NCBI GenBank assembly: GCA_973895155.1 | Contig: OZ316899.1 | Location: 12,837,934-12,901,933 of the forward strand | Direction: 5' to 3' | Length of the DNA stretch: 64,000 nucleotides | DNA from: Marsupella aquatica | Taxonomy: Eukaryota; Plantae; Marchantiophyta | Shown here: positions 38,301-52,346 of the stretch, in pieces | How the letters are laid out: every line of letters starts with the position of its first letter | Position numbering within the stretch: position 1 is the first letter of the stretch | Program-made: the position numbers and the translations under genes | Notes under the pieces: model-generated | Database searches by the model: none | The model's input: the letters and a program-made list of their open reading frames with translations, nothing else | Told to the model about the DNA's origin: nothing

Positions 38301-40900
38301 GGACCATAAGGGAGCTTGGCGTCGGAGTCAGCAATGCCGGAGCTAAGTGTTAAGGTAGTTGAGTTCCACGACTTGTACCTCCCCTTAAAAATGGTCACGT
38401 CCGCATGACCTCAATAAACGTTCTAGCACGCCTAGACAAATTTAGGTCTTAAAATTTTTATGAGGTAACATATGGTTTGCCCATAAGGCTGATGCAAACC
38501 AGGTTGGTGTGCGCATCCTAGACTTAGGAAATTCCAACCTATCCCACTTACCAAGTAGGATGCCAGTCCAAGTAGGTAAGCTAACTCCAAACTTGTCGAA
38601 CCCATTGTCCTCCCCTTTGGTTTGAACCAGCCCGCCCATAGATGTGAGGCGGGCACCATCAACTTCCATTTGCAAAAAGCAAAACGGCCGCCCAACAACC
38701 TCTAGCACCAACAGTATCCTGCCAAACAGCAGCCAAGCCACGTTCAGTGTCCCAAGGGAGCTTGCATTGGGGAGGCAAGGCCAAGTAGGCGTGGAGGTTG
38801 AGTTCCAAGGGTGCTTGGTCCCTAGACCATTAGTGGGGCGAGAACCGGGAGTTGGTTGCTAGAGTTGGGACCATTATGGTCCCGACGTGTTGGACCTAGC
38901 TTGGGACAAGCTTTAGGACAAGCTACGCTATTTGGGCCATGAGCATGTCCTGGGGTCAGGGCGGTCAGTTGGTGATGGATAGGTACGAGGGGGAACCCGG
39001 GCCGCACCCAAGGAAGGAACTGTTCTAGACGAACAGTGGGCGTGGGTTTTGGTTCCGGCTTATGGCATCGAGAGGACCTATTGCTGACCTATTTACCAAT
39101 GTCTGTTGAGCTTGAGTTAGGATGCTAGACTAGGGGGTTCTAGATCCTAAAGGGTGACTTACTGAGGTGCTTGGTTGTTTGTGCAGACTGCGAGGAATGT
39201 TGAGTAGCGGTCGAGTTGGAGAGCAAGTGTGGCTTTGTATGGGAGTGGCCACGAGTGGTGCAAGGGACACCAAGGCGCTTGCTCGAGGTATTCCGTGGAG
39301 GCATTCGGGCACTAGGGGCACTTAGGCATGGGTGCTGGGATTGGTGAGGGCGCTGGGTGGCAAGGTCCACCGCTTGTGGTATCAGAGCAATTGCTGGCAT
39401 AGACACCGGGCAGGGGTTATGCTCAGTCAGAATCCAAAAATCTTAACGGATTTTGCGGGGACTTAGTGCTTCAACGTGCCCGATGGGTTGACTGTGGGCA
39501 GATTTGGTCATTGGAGGCATGTTGAAGAACACTCAATCAAAGAGTGGCAAGCAGGCTCCCCCCACCAAGTGGAGAGCCCAAGTTCAAGAAGAACAGAAGG
39601 AGGACGGGTCAACTACCCTAGACAAATGTTACTAGTAGGACAACGAGGACGTGGCGGCCAAAACATTGACCACCGCAACAAACACGTCAAGTGCAGAGCG
39701 CTGTCAACTTACGGGGAAGGAGGTGGCCGATCCTCTAGAGGACAAGTCGGGCGATGATGGCTCCGACTCGGATGGAAGCAACAACAATTCAGAAGTTGAA
39801 TCAGAGGAAGAGGGTCAGGACCCAGACGAGGAACTGCTCCCAGCCTTGAGAGGGTTGGATGCAAAACCAGAGGAGGATGCCAAGCCAAACATCATCATGG
39901 ATAATTTGACCAAGAAAAACCAGGGCGATGAGGGTGATGCCTCAGCCCCGGGAGGTCATGGTGCCCGCAAGACGCAGGGGGTGTCACCAAATCCACAAAG
40001 GGACCTAAGGACAGGTGGCCTGCAAAGGAAAGATGGTTGGAGGACCGTCCTCATACAACCCACAAGGGCCTAGCCGCTGACGATGGTTTGGGTCCGTTGA
40101 CCCAAGACCAACGACTCATTTATGAGCAGTTGGAACACAACAAGGGGGGAATGGTAGTTGGAAGGAGTATGTTCCAAGTGAACTAGCTACTGACTCCTCC
40201 AACTTACGACAGGGCCTATGAGCAAAGTGGACAAAAGTTCCTGAGTTGGCTCTCCACAATGCAGATTCATCTCCAAGCGTGCGTTGAGCGTTCCACTTGG
40301 CTACCGTAGCCGCTCCTTACCTGAAGGACTATGCCTTGACTTGGTACAAGTCATGGAAGAAGTCGCGAGAGGACTCCTCCTTGCCGTTAAATTGGGAAAA
40401 CCTGGTTGAGGGTCTCCGTGCTCATGTCACCACCAAGTACGCGGAGCGGCACGCTTAGAAATGTGTAATGGAGATGAGTTTCAGAGGTGATATCCAAAAG
40501 TTCATCACTTATTACCAAAACCAGTTAGCGTGAAGCTCCCGCCGTTGCTCAGGGAAAAGTTACAGGAAAAGCATCACCAGTTTAAAATGCTTTCTGACGC
40601 CTTTGACAAGGCCACTACGTTGGTGAATAACCCACCAAACTTGGCAAAGGTGGGTGGCAAGGGATCTGAGGGGAAAGTTGGGAAAGCAAAAGGTCCCGGA
40701 ACAAGCATAAGCAGCTAGAAGGGGCGGGGACCGGTGGTTCGGATCCCCAGCCCCAAAATGGAGAAGCAAAGCTCAACTGGAAGGCCGACAACTTCAAGAA
40801 AGGAACCTCATCAGCGCAAAAACCAAAGAAGCAGGCCCTCACGGAGCAGAGGTAGGATGAAGGTTCATGCTACACATGTAGCGCCATGGGCCATCAAAGT

Positions 40901-42822
40901 TGTCAAACACTTGTCAAGGAGCTTAAGCGGATTTTCTCCCCAAAAGACTACCTAATACCTGCTCATATCATACCAGGTCACAAAGGATTGACAAAACTTC
41001 TGAAATATGCCTACAATGTCTAATTACTCCATACATAAGTAGTTTCAACTCTCCACTTCTAGAGAGGTAGTCCCCTTGACTACTTTTGTACTCACACCCT
41101 TCCCCTCTCCTCTACTCCAAGGATCAGCAAGGGGGATCTTCGCTCCAAGCTGTCACCTTAGAGTATATTCTCACACAAACACCCAAGAACCCAAAGTACT
41201 TTCCTCTTCAAGCTTAAGTCTCCTCAAGACCCTCAAAGTAGTGTTACCCCTCAACCTTGCCCCCTGGCCTTGGTTTGGGTCCACACATCCCCTTTGAGCT
41301 CTAGAGAAGGCTTATCTATCTAAGGGCTCTTCCTCTTGTACTTACTTTTTGTTAACACGGTCACACACCAAGCAAAGTACTTTCCACCCTCAAGCTATAA
41401 TCCTCTCTAAGTCTCAAAGTAGTGCTCTACCTTAACCTTGGTTTTGTACTAGCACATCCCCTTTGAGCTTAGACCAAGATTACACCATAGCATGGACTCT
41501 TCTCTTGCTCCCATACACTTCAAATGCACTCACACTTAATGGTCACAATGAAGATTGACAAGTCTCCTTTTATTGTATCACCTTTACAACAAAAGTTCAC
41601 TACACATTCTCCACACTAAGCATGGACCACCTCTCCCTTCTCAAGCTTAGCCCTACCTTGGCAAGGTAGAGATTCCACTTAAGAGATGAGACTTCTGGTC
41701 CCTAACAAATGAAAACTTCCTCCTTATATACTATTCTCCTTCCACACCACATCAAGGTAGCCCACCAAGGACCAAGGACCAAAGTAGAGAACCAAGGACC
41801 AAGGTAGCCCACCAAGGACCAAGGACCAAGGACCCAAGTAGCCCACCAAGGACCAAGGACCAAAGTGGAGGACCAAGGACCAAGGTCCAATCACCAAAGT
41901 CCTCCTAACTACCAAAGTCACATTACAACAAAAGTCCAACTAACTACCACTCCCACTCAAGCTCCTTCACCTTGTGATTGCCTGGTCTTTTCAACCATCT
42001 CCTAGCCGCCCTTGTGCTTGACTTATTCCTGCCTTGTGGTAGCCTCGTCAAAGCGTTTTTACACTTGGTCGGATTTTGTTATTTTAGAAAAACTATAATT
42101 CCCCGGCCCATATTGTACCCACCGCCAAAAATCACCCATAAGGCCAAAAGGACTTTTGAGTAGATCCATAGATTCTCTGGACATAGGGCTATGTCTTGAT
42201 TTACTAAGATCTAAACAAAACCTTATAACCAATTTTCTAAAATTAGGTAAAGAGGGTTAATTCTTATGTTTTCCAAAATTCTTCTAAACTTTGAGATGCT
42301 CCCAAAAAGTAACCAAAGGTAACCAAGTTCTCCCACAAGTTTCCAGGGATAGAGTGGACCATATTTAGCCTACTTTGAAACTTGGAACCCCTACCTTTTC
42401 CCATCAACTATTTTTCCCAAGACCCGCTATTTGGTAACTTTAAGTTTTGCCAAAATACTTACAACTCCTAGGTTAAGACCCCACTTGACTTTGTGACTTT
42501 TATGTGTGGTCTAGGGACTACCTAGCACCTATAGGGTGAGTCTTAGCAAAACTTATCACTCAAAAGTATCGATCATGCCTTCGGCCCGACTTGCCGTCTA
42601 CCATAACTTTTTTCCGCCCTTACCAAATAACTTACTCAACTCTTGATACTTCTTAGAGAAACATGTCCTCTCCCTCAATTTATTTCCCTACTCTGCTTCC
42701 TTAGTTATTAAGTTACCCTAAACCTAACAACTCCGCTAATCACTAAAACTATGTAATTACTACTCCTTGAAAGCAAAAAACTAACGCATTTCCTACTCAA
42801 GCCTCCACTGAGCCATTCCACA
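40901..42822. mobile_element. Solo LTR (1.9 kb) inserted in the gag zinc knuckle
   Basis: TG...CA ends. TSD AAAGT at 40896-40900 and 42823-42827. Excision restores CYTCSAMGHQSKDCP. Confidence 0.9.
41753..41890 (+). repeat. GGACCAA heptamer-based tandem repeat within the solo LTR
   Basis: Repeated CCAAGGA units interleaved with GTAGCCCA. Confidence 0.9.
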
Positions 42823-45176
42823 AAAGTAAGGACTGCCCCTCGAAGGGTGGCAAGCCGAGCGGAGATGGAGGGCAAAAGGGCATTAAGGTAAGTATCGCTC
42901 TAACCAAACCCTTAGTAGTTGACGAGGTCCTTGTAGGGGATGCTCCTGCTAGAGAGAAGGTGTTGTTGCAAGAGAATGTACCTAAGGTTAAGACAATGAA
43001 TCCTGAAAAGCTGATTTTTGTAAATGTCACTTCTAACGGTAATCTGGGTGTTGCGTTGGTGGATACAAGCGGGACTGCCTGCTTCATAAGTGGGCAGGCG
43101 GCAGCACGTCTTGGGGTGGACGTGCAAGAGTTGCTACAACTGTTGGTGTGCAAGTTTGCCAACGACACAAAGGGGATAGTGTCAAGATTGGTACATAGAC
43201 TTCGCGTAGAGGTCATAGGCAAACAACAAAATTTTGTTAGTCAGGAGATGTTCTACGTCCTAGACGGTCTAGCCATAGACTTTATTTTGTCAGTAGGTTA
43301 TCTCAAAAAGCACAATGTTACCTTGACAACATCCTAATCTACTTGAAAATATTGGAGGAACATGAGCAGTTGCTCAGAGAAGTGTTCTCTCACCTTTGTA
43401 AGGCCAGTCTCTTTGCTAAACCTAGCATGTGCAAGTTTGCGATGAACAAGATTTAGTTCCTTGGCCATACCTTTACCCCGGAGGAGATAACGCTAGTTAG
43501 GACAAACTTAAGGAGATCAAAGAATGGGAGCGCCCATCCAATGTAAGGCAGGTTAGAGCCTTCTTAGGATTTATGGGGTTCTATTGGAGATACATGAAAG
43601 ACTATGCAAGGATTGCGAGGCCCCTAAACATGCTAACATTGAAAAACAAAGTGTTTGTGTGGACACAGGATTGCAAGTTAGCATTCCTAGAACTTAAGCG
43701 GCTAATGATAACGCTGCCGGTTCTAAAGTTACCTGAGATGGGGAATCCGTTTGAGATTTGGACAGACGCAAGTGATTACGCCATTGTCTTCACCAAGATG
43801 GGCGTCTTGTGGCCTTTGAGTCATGTAAGTTGGAAAATCATTGGATCACACCGAAAAGAGATATGTATGCAGTGATCTATGCGTTGAAGAAGTGGGAGAT
43901 TTACCTTAAGAACGGTCCCAAAGTGGTAATACACACAGATAGCTTGCCGGGTGGTACTTCAGTTCTAAGCCAAGGCTGAACCCCAAAGAAATGCGCTGGC
44001 AGATGTTCTTGGCAGACTTTGATTTTGAAGTCCGTCACGTTCCGAGGAAGACAAACACGGCAGCTGACGCATTATCGTGTAAGGACCATCATCGTGTCAA
44101 TGGGATCACGATGCTTGAATCCAAATGGCCAAAGGTTCTGGCCAAGGCGTATGGGGATGACAGGTTAGGTAAGGAATGGCAAAGCAATGGGGGTAGCCAA
44201 GGTAAGGTAAGGCATGTTTCATTGGGGTTGGATACGATGCATAATGTCCAGTTATGGCGATACAAGCAGAGGCGTGTGTACATCCTAGAGTCTCTAATGT
44301 TAGAGGTTCTGAAAAAGTACCACGACTCACCTTGGGGAGGGCATGGAGGACAAGCGGCTACGTATCGCAGCATGTCGCGACATGTGTATTTTCCGAACAT
44401 GAAGCAATCGGTCCTTTGCCATGTGCAAAATTGTTACTCGTGCCAAAAGAACCGAAAGGTCTATAGGGCGAAAGGAGGACTTTTGCAACCCTTACCGGTA
44501 GCTGTGGCTCCATGGGAGTCCGTCTCCATGGACTTCATTGTTGGGTAACCTGAGTCCCATGGGGTATGATAGCCATGACAAAAACCAGAAAATAGAAAAC
44601 CTGTTACCAGGAAATTTTTTGCTGTTAACAGTCAAAATTTACCTATTACCAGTAAGCGATTCCCTGTTACCAATTTTGCATCAACCATAGCCCTTTGGTC
44701 CTAATGAAAAACTACGCTAATCACATAATTTTGTTTTAGTGAATTAGGTTTAAACAAATAATTTTTGTGTCATCCGATGGATGGAGAGTACTAGCAATCC
44801 TCCCTTGCAACAACATTTTGTTGTAGAAGATAACTGAACACGGTATGGGGACTATACTCAATGAAACATTCATTCAAATATCACTATTTTCCCAAGCTAA
44901 AAAGTGAACCTTAGGGTGGGACCCACCACCAAACAAGTGAAGAGTAGTGTCCAAATAAACTCAATCAAAATGAGTTCACTTAAATGGACCGTGTACCGTG
45001 ACAAACAAATGACAAAACACCTCCTAGCGATAACTATATTTTTCAGAATAATTGAATAAACGCGGCTTGAAAGATAAAACATAATGATATCAACTTACAC
45101 ATTTTAAATAAAACATGTTGTAATGCTTACACTACACGCGTACATAATAAAGCAAGAAAAGTAAGATTTTTGGAAG

Positions 45177-48100
45177 TAGCGCCCGACGCTAACCAAACAA
45201 TTCTGAATAAAACAAGTAATATATCCGTTGGGTAAAGACAAAATAGTGACTATCCATTATATTGAACAACCTATACGGAAGTTTTGGCCTCTATTATGAG
45301 CCATTCAAGTTCTGCCTCTCCAAGACAAGCCTGACTTTGCCCATAGTCAAAATTGGTTGGCTACAAAGAGTCGACTCCTCAACCTCAAGTTTGAAAACAT
45401 TTATGTGAGGCTGGTGCACTGAGCGGAGGTTTTGTGGATCTTGTTGTACGGGTTGTTTGAGGGGTATTGTCCAGTGAATCAATATCACCATTTGATGTGT
45501 CCAAACTAGAGACATTCACCACTCTTGTCACAGGATCATTAGAATTAGAGGGAATGGAGGCAAAGTCAGTTCTGTTTAGGTTTTTCCTTTTCAAACCACG
45601 AGTGTTTGGTGTGGTTATGAGAACGGTGTCATGCCGATGGGAGTCTTGTGGAGAGATAGTCCCAGTTGCATTTCCCTTTCTCTTCATTGACTTGGTCACG
45701 ATATCTCCGTTAAGGGGAGTATTTCTTTCCAAATCGAAGTCCGCCGCATTGGAAAGAAGCATGTTGGTCGTATCTTCAAATAACCTCGGCGAACCTGCTT
45801 GATCGGTGGAACGGAACGCCAATTCCCATATAGTCGGCCCCTTTCCTCTGTTCAACCCTTTCCGATATGCACTGTTTCTTGCAACTTGAGACAGGGCTCG
45901 GTTTTGGTCAACTTTGCATGCTTCAAAAAGACCAACTTTTTTCTTTGTAGCCCAGGCTTTCATAGACGCATGCCTTGATTTTGACCTTGTACAGTTGGGA
46001 ATCAAGGCACCTTCTTCTGCGCTTTTGCTCTGCCATAGTCCAAATGCAATAATCAGTACTAGCATTGTATTACCAGCGCCCGGCGCTGGCACCGACAAGT
46101 ATGTATAATAGACGTGAAATACAATTGCAATTATGATTTTGGAACTTTATGGACATGTTGGACTCAATGTATTGTATTCCTGGTTTTTACGTGTAAGATA
46201 CAAGCAAATCATACCAGCGCCTGGCGCTAATATAAAGTTGATGGAAATGAAAGACAAGAGAGCAGATGGATGTCATACCACTCAAATAAAATTGCCCCAC
46301 TGGCGCCATCAAACAACCCACCAGGATATCCAGCTTTGTAGCATCATGAGCTTTCCAAGGACACAGTTTCTTGATTGCCACCAAACCACAATCTCTTGGG
46401 ACACTCGATACGCTACCACAAACGTTGGAGCGTTTCTTAGTTTCTCCCAAAGTCTTCGATGTTCCGATTGACATTCTTTGAGTACTCCTTCCTTGGAATG
46501 TTGATGGAAAGATTGATAAAAGTGAAATGCATCAGAGCGCTCCCTCTCCGGGTTTGGGTGTCCACCAAAACAAACATTTTGCACAGCATTCCATCCAGCT
46601 TATGCATTGTCCGCCATAAACCCTTGGATGACAACCTCTTGTAATCCACTCTCCTTGCAAACCTCAATCATAACTCCCCAAGCCTTTTCGAAAGACTCAG
46701 TCTCTTCACCTTTCAACTCGCATGTGAAAATTGTACAAAGTGCATGGAAGTTATGGTCGTAGACATGCGCGCTAAAAGTAAACCAATCGGTTGTGATACG
46801 CTTCATCACATCGAAACTGACCCAGGCTCCTTCGAGTCTTCCACCAGGTTGCATCTGTCTCAAAAGATCCACACCGGAACCGTGACCCTTCGTGGTCATT
46901 TTAAAGATGTGAGGCTTGTCGTCTTGACATCCCTGACCTGGGAGCAAATACCTCTGGAGAAACGAGAAGTTAATCCTCTTCTGCATTTGTGAGAGAAAAT
47001 CTAGTTCACCCCAACCCTTTTGGTCTATCCTAACGCTCCGACAAAGAGATGCAAACTTCTGGGGAGTGGAAAGTACCATAAGAGACTTCCATATTTCAGC
47101 TTCTTTGATATCAACCATGTCGTCAACATGTTTGCAGAGAGCTTTCACTATGGACCTTGTAGCATAATTCAAGATCCCAGCTGGTTTTGCCAGAGGATTG
47201 GCTTCATGATTTTTTTTAATTAAATCCTCAGCCATCTTCTTCGCACTCCTACAAAAGGTTTTTCTACTTGGATGGTTATGCTCACCTATATGAATCGCCA
47301 GGCGGGACATATGACTACATGTTTCCGCATCAAGTAATACTTGCGGGTACATATAGAACAAACGGGCAGGGCAGTACTTGACACAAAAAGGAATCTGATC
47401 ACAATAATGACACACAACACCGCCTCTTTGATAAAAGATCTGACAGCATATTGACCACTAAGCTTTGGAGTACCCTGCCATGCCTTAGCATTTGCCTTCT
47501 TCTTCCTTTCGAAGTACTTGCAGGACTTGTTCCGACATTCAATAAATCCCGTACAGGTAACCTTACCAAATTGCCAAAGTTTTTTTGGCTGAACGTTCGC
47601 GGTAGTGGGAAATATGCGTGTCCAAATGTAGCAATCTTTGGCACGGTCCATGTCCCTAAGCCTAGAGCCTTTAGAGAACATCTTTTTAATGGGTGGCAAT
47701 TCAAACACGACGTTCCCATTATACTTAGTTGGCAGACAAGAGACTTGCTCATGTCTGAAATCACCCGCTGATATGAATCTCGATAACTCGCTATGACCAG
47801 TGGATTTGAGTAACGTATCCATTGCACTCCGCTGATACACGACCTCAAACTGGTTGGAGCTTTCTGGAGTCTCACCTTTAACAACAGCATGTTGCGGGAC
47901 TTTCATCTTCAACGTAGGACTTGGAGTGTGATCTCCATCTTCACTAGAAGAAATCTTGACAACATCAAATGGAACTTGGGGGACATTGGACAGTCCTTCA
48001 TGTTGTCTTACTCAAAGTGAGTACAAAATCCCTGCGTATAGATGCCAAAACCCTTCACCATCATCCACATTGAATGTTGCTGCATCTTCGATGTCATCAC

Positions 48101-51100
48101 TGGTTTCGAGCTCTCAAACAATGGCCTCAATGTCATACATCTTCAAATCAAATCTCCCGCAAAGGTATCTCTCCCGTATCTGCTTGTACGTGTCTTCCAT
48201 AGGGACGAGAATGGTCACAATATCCCCAGTCCCAAATCAGGATAGAATGATGGACCGAGACATTGCAATCAAAAACAAATAACGAGGACTGTAATGTTTC
48301 GAGGAAGAAAAGTCTATGGGAATATGGAGCTTATATCAGTCGAACCTGGGAACTTCACGTTAACAGATCCGTTTGTATAAGACATAAAACATAGTCGACA
48401 TAGGATCCGTTGGCGCCATAAATGAATTTTGTCATTTTTCCCCGATAAGTCCAGATGTCAGACGCATACATACTGCCAAAAAAGACACCACAAAAATCTT
48501 TAACTGACTCTAAGATATTATATAGTTGGAACAATTTGAGTAGCGCCTGGCGCTAACTAAAATACCTCAAACATAATGTGCCCCAAATCTCGATATTCCA
48601 TACTAGCGCCTGGCGCTAATATAGAAAAAACTCCCCAGATATACATCAATACTATGAGGTAATTGGATTTAAATGGTCAATGAAAATGTGAATTCTTTTA
48701 GAACTATGGATGAAAAATTCTAGTTTTCACTAGCGTCGGGTGCTAGTATAGGATACAAGTAATGTTTCCCAAAAACCATTAAAACAATAGACATTTCTTT
48801 AAATATGGGGGTTGTTTTGACAAAATTTATGTACTAGAGCCATCATTGCAGACCCATTTTATAGCTGTTGTTTTTACTAGCATCGGGCGCTGCCATGACA
48901 ATCATCCCAATTATCTACTTCAAGGGAAGGTGTTTATAATAGCGCCCGACGCTAGTATTCCGAGTGAGGGAGGAAAACGTTCATAACGGTAACATTTAAC
49001 GGTAACTTATGAGTTCCATGTGTGTTACGCTTCTTCTACTGCTTGATTTAGCTAATTAAGTTCTTCGCATACATACATTGGAATCCGCCAAACTTACGAG
49101 CTTCTCGCTTTAATCCAAGAGTTCCGCTGAACTCCACCCTCCTTCTAGAATATGTGACACGGTGAGAGTTGATTAGAGTTCCATAATTTCATTGTACGAT
49201 AGTTCGTACGCTTCTGGAAGGAAGACAATGGAGGTATTCCCCTCTTCATCCAAAGGGTATAGTGCAATTCCTGACCAGGAGCGAGCTTATTCTGAATCCT
49301 CGGAGTCTTTGTTTACTGGTTCAGTTTATACACGTCGTGTAACTCGTTCCACAAAATTGTTGCCTCCTACTTCTATTAGCGTTGTTTTGGTTCCTAAATC
49401 TCTGCGCCCTGGGCCCTCAGCTTACGTAATCCTGGCAACACGTGCGCCCGCTTGAAGGGTATTTTTAATCCATTTCCGGCTAATAATTATAATTCAATTA
49501 GAACCAACCAACCCGCAACTTTATACAAATTTGGGATTATAAGGAAGAAGGGTATTTCCAAAACCGTGGCATATTAACTCAGCCGAAGGGGTCATATTAT
49601 GTATGTGACATGCGTCATTGTATAAGGGGCCATGTGGCAAGGTCTCAATCATTGGAACATAGTGTCCCGAGTGAGTCACTCTATTAGTACCTAGACCCAT
49701 ATCTTAGCTTGATTATCTGGTTTGTAATCCCGTAAATTGTAATTATAGTCTCTCCAATGTAGAGTGCACGCTCGATGCAGGCAGTGCCCATGCTTATGGG
49801 GATGTTGCCACTGCCCACCTATTGCCTACCGATCCATGTCTTGTCCATAGTCTTGCCTATACTAGTTTAGCCAAACTGGTAAAACATATCTAAACTGTGT
49901 GAGTGATTGTATGCCCCACTAGGCGTTGTATGCATCATTTTGGATCTTGTATGTTAGCCCTATCTTGGGTTTTCCTTATTATAATTTCACAATGGGTTTT
50001 AAAATATAGATTTTATCAGTTTTATAAGTCACCTAAGGGTATAAAAAATTATCAAAAACTAATTTTTTACATGGAACAAGGGTAATGCATATGAAAGAAA
50101 AATACTAAGAAGGGGTAGGCAAGGGGGGTCCGGGCGCAGGGGGTACACTTAGTATACATAGAATGAGGGCCCATGGTCTCTACGTAGAAAGATGGAGAAC
50201 CTCAACACGATTGCGATCCAGGATGTTTCGGACTGCGCACTCGCGAAGACTGATCTCATCTCAAAACATGTCATGTGTTTTGGAAAGGATTCTTGTGGAT
50301 TTGACAAGGAGCCACCTTGAATCCCTCTATGCCGATTGGTTCACATGGAGGTGGTTTGTACTTTGCAGAAAGACAGCTCTTCCATCGAGAAGCTGAAAGA
50401 CTCGTTTCGCAGTATGGGTTACAATTCATCCATAGGAATGCGTTTCTATGTGTAGCCAACGGATGAGAATGGAATTGTTCTGACCTGTACCCAGGAGATT
50501 CGTGAGTCATGGGATCCAATTTGGCAATTGGAGAACAAGAAGTTTGAGGTTGAATGCGAGGCCGACCCAGATTTTCTCGTGTTGAAGGATAAGATGTTCT
50601 TTGTCTTCGATGGAAATCATAGGTTGTACTCATGGACGTTTGTTATTGAGGAGAACCCAAACAATCCGAAATATCATCCTTGAGTGCTCTGCACAATATT
50701 TAAGGGAGACAAGGGATCTCTTATTGAAATTGAGGCAGCTATGCACACCGTGAATCAGTAAGTTCTCGTTCTTTTCTGGTACCTTCTTAGAATCTTGCGA
50801 GTGTTCTATTTAAGAGCGCTCGGCGCTGGTTATAGATAAATTGTACTTCGACTCTAACTTGCTGCGTCTCTTTGTGTAGGCTTGGCCAAGCCGTTGTTGA
50901 GCCATCCTGGATCCTTGATGCAAATAGAATCAAACGAATTCTGGCGCATGACCTTGAGTATTACAGTAAGCTGATTGACCCGACTAATTTCAAGAAGTTT
51001 GAGAGCATTCAGCTGAAGACTCGGAAGGGGTCATGGTATACGAAGAAGATGCCACAGGAAGCTCTTGTTTACATTCTATGTGAGAATAAGATAAAGTCCT

Positions 51101-52346
51101 ATTCGCACCAATTCAAGCTTGACATGGAGGCAGCCGAGGCTCAAGGGAGTCCCTGGTCGGTGGACGAGATTTCCAAATGGCATGCGGCCATGATGAAGGA
51201 CGCAACCAAAGACTGGGCAATGCAGTCCTCAAAAATTACGCCCTTGTTAAGTCCTAAATTTGAAGATTTTCTTAGTACATGTGCAGAAATGTATGTTGTC
51301 ACAGAGAGAAACAAGAGAGAGAAGAAGCCTGACGCCGTCGTATGTACAATGGACCGCGCCTGATTGTTCACTGTTGTTTTTGCCCTAGACCCAAAGTTGC
51401 GAAGCACCCTACTTGTGGCACATTGCAATCCTGAGCTGCAGAGACAGTTTTTCCACCCAGCAAGTGTTAACGACATCCCAGTCAAACAATGGTGTCATAC
51501 TTGGATCACTTGGAATAGTGTAGAGGGAATTGTTGTCGGCATGTTACATTCATGTCTACGTGAAGTAGAGCAAACGATGCCCACGACTAGATTAGAAGAG
51601 TGGAATTGTGGTTCGTTTGATGATCTCGTTCAGTTTGTTACAAATGAATTCAAGAGATATGGTGATTTTGTGAAGAGTAAGTTCTTTCACACTATGTGGC
51701 CTTCAAAGTATCCAGACAAAGAAGACTACACCCAGAAAAACCAGAAGCGGGCTAAAAGGTATCTTTACAGATTCTACATGCACATGGAGGTAACCAAACC
51801 TGATTACTTCTGGGCATATCCTACAGCTTTCATGAAGTGGATTACAATAAGTGAGGATGACGCCATAGCTGATTTGTACTCCATATACCCAGCGGAGGGC
51901 ATATTTCCTTCGAGACCTATGACAGAATGGGAGAGAACGCACTACCCCTGGTATCTAGATACAAATAGATGGGATTCTCCTTTTGATCAAAGGGAGAAAG
52001 ATGCATTCCATAAGCTTTCAAAGTCCCACATACCAGCAAAAATTGTGTCCGACATGAAGCAGGGCCTGCTAGACGATGTAGACAAGTCTGCCACAGACTT
52101 GCAAAGTATCTGTGAAACAACTATTGTTCATGTGGACCAAAGTTGCAAACCTTGAGCAAAAGCAAAAGCGGAGTTAGCAGCACCAAGCGAGTCAACAAAA
52201 TCTGGGAGGAAAAGTGAGTATAGTGTTCCATAGTTTGGCCAGCGCCTAGCGCTGGCTAGAATGTCATGCGAATTCACATTTCTTTCTAGATTCTTAGGCC
52301 TTTGTTGAAACCTAAGTGATTTGCATTTGGTTAGCGCCTGGCACTA
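45177..52346. repeat. Eleven dispersed copies of the 15-bp palindrome YAGCGCCNGGCGCTR
   Basis: Copies start at about 45177, 46074, 46215, 48541, 48604, 48731, 48878, 48940, 50814, 52240 and 52332. Confidence 0.9.
45300..48263 (-). pseudogene. Mutator-like (MULE) DDE transposase with GCM/WRKY-type zinc domain
   Basis: ATG 48263 is in frame with ORF 47912 through TGA stops. CTGFIECRNKSC...CHYC...CPAR...HIGEHNHP. Catalytic region VSFD...GFMADNA...ERSDAFHFYQS. Frameshift at about 47415. Intron at about 46031-46278. Confidence 0.78.

Larger units (their letters stand above)
38720..44565 (+). mobile_element. Decayed Ty3/gypsy (chromovirus-like) element, 3'-truncated, RT largely deleted
   Basis: 5' LTR about 38720-39372. 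PBS TGGTATCAGAGC (tRNA-iMet) at 39377-39388. Gag with CYTC...GH..KDC, protease ALVDTS, RNase H WTDASDYA, integrase YHDSPWGGHGG...CYSC and PWESVSMDFI. Confidence 0.9.

Noticed and set aside
44566-44700. Terminal inverted repeat of the MULE-like element
   Set aside because: No matching opposite end or TSD is visible; the right side is interrupted by LTR insertions.
49410-50173. MITE bounded by TGGGCCCTCA/TGAGGGCCCA interrupting the 5' end of the ParB-like gene
   Set aside because: Only a 10-bp inverted repeat with no TSD. An insertion here is plausible but cannot be delimited.
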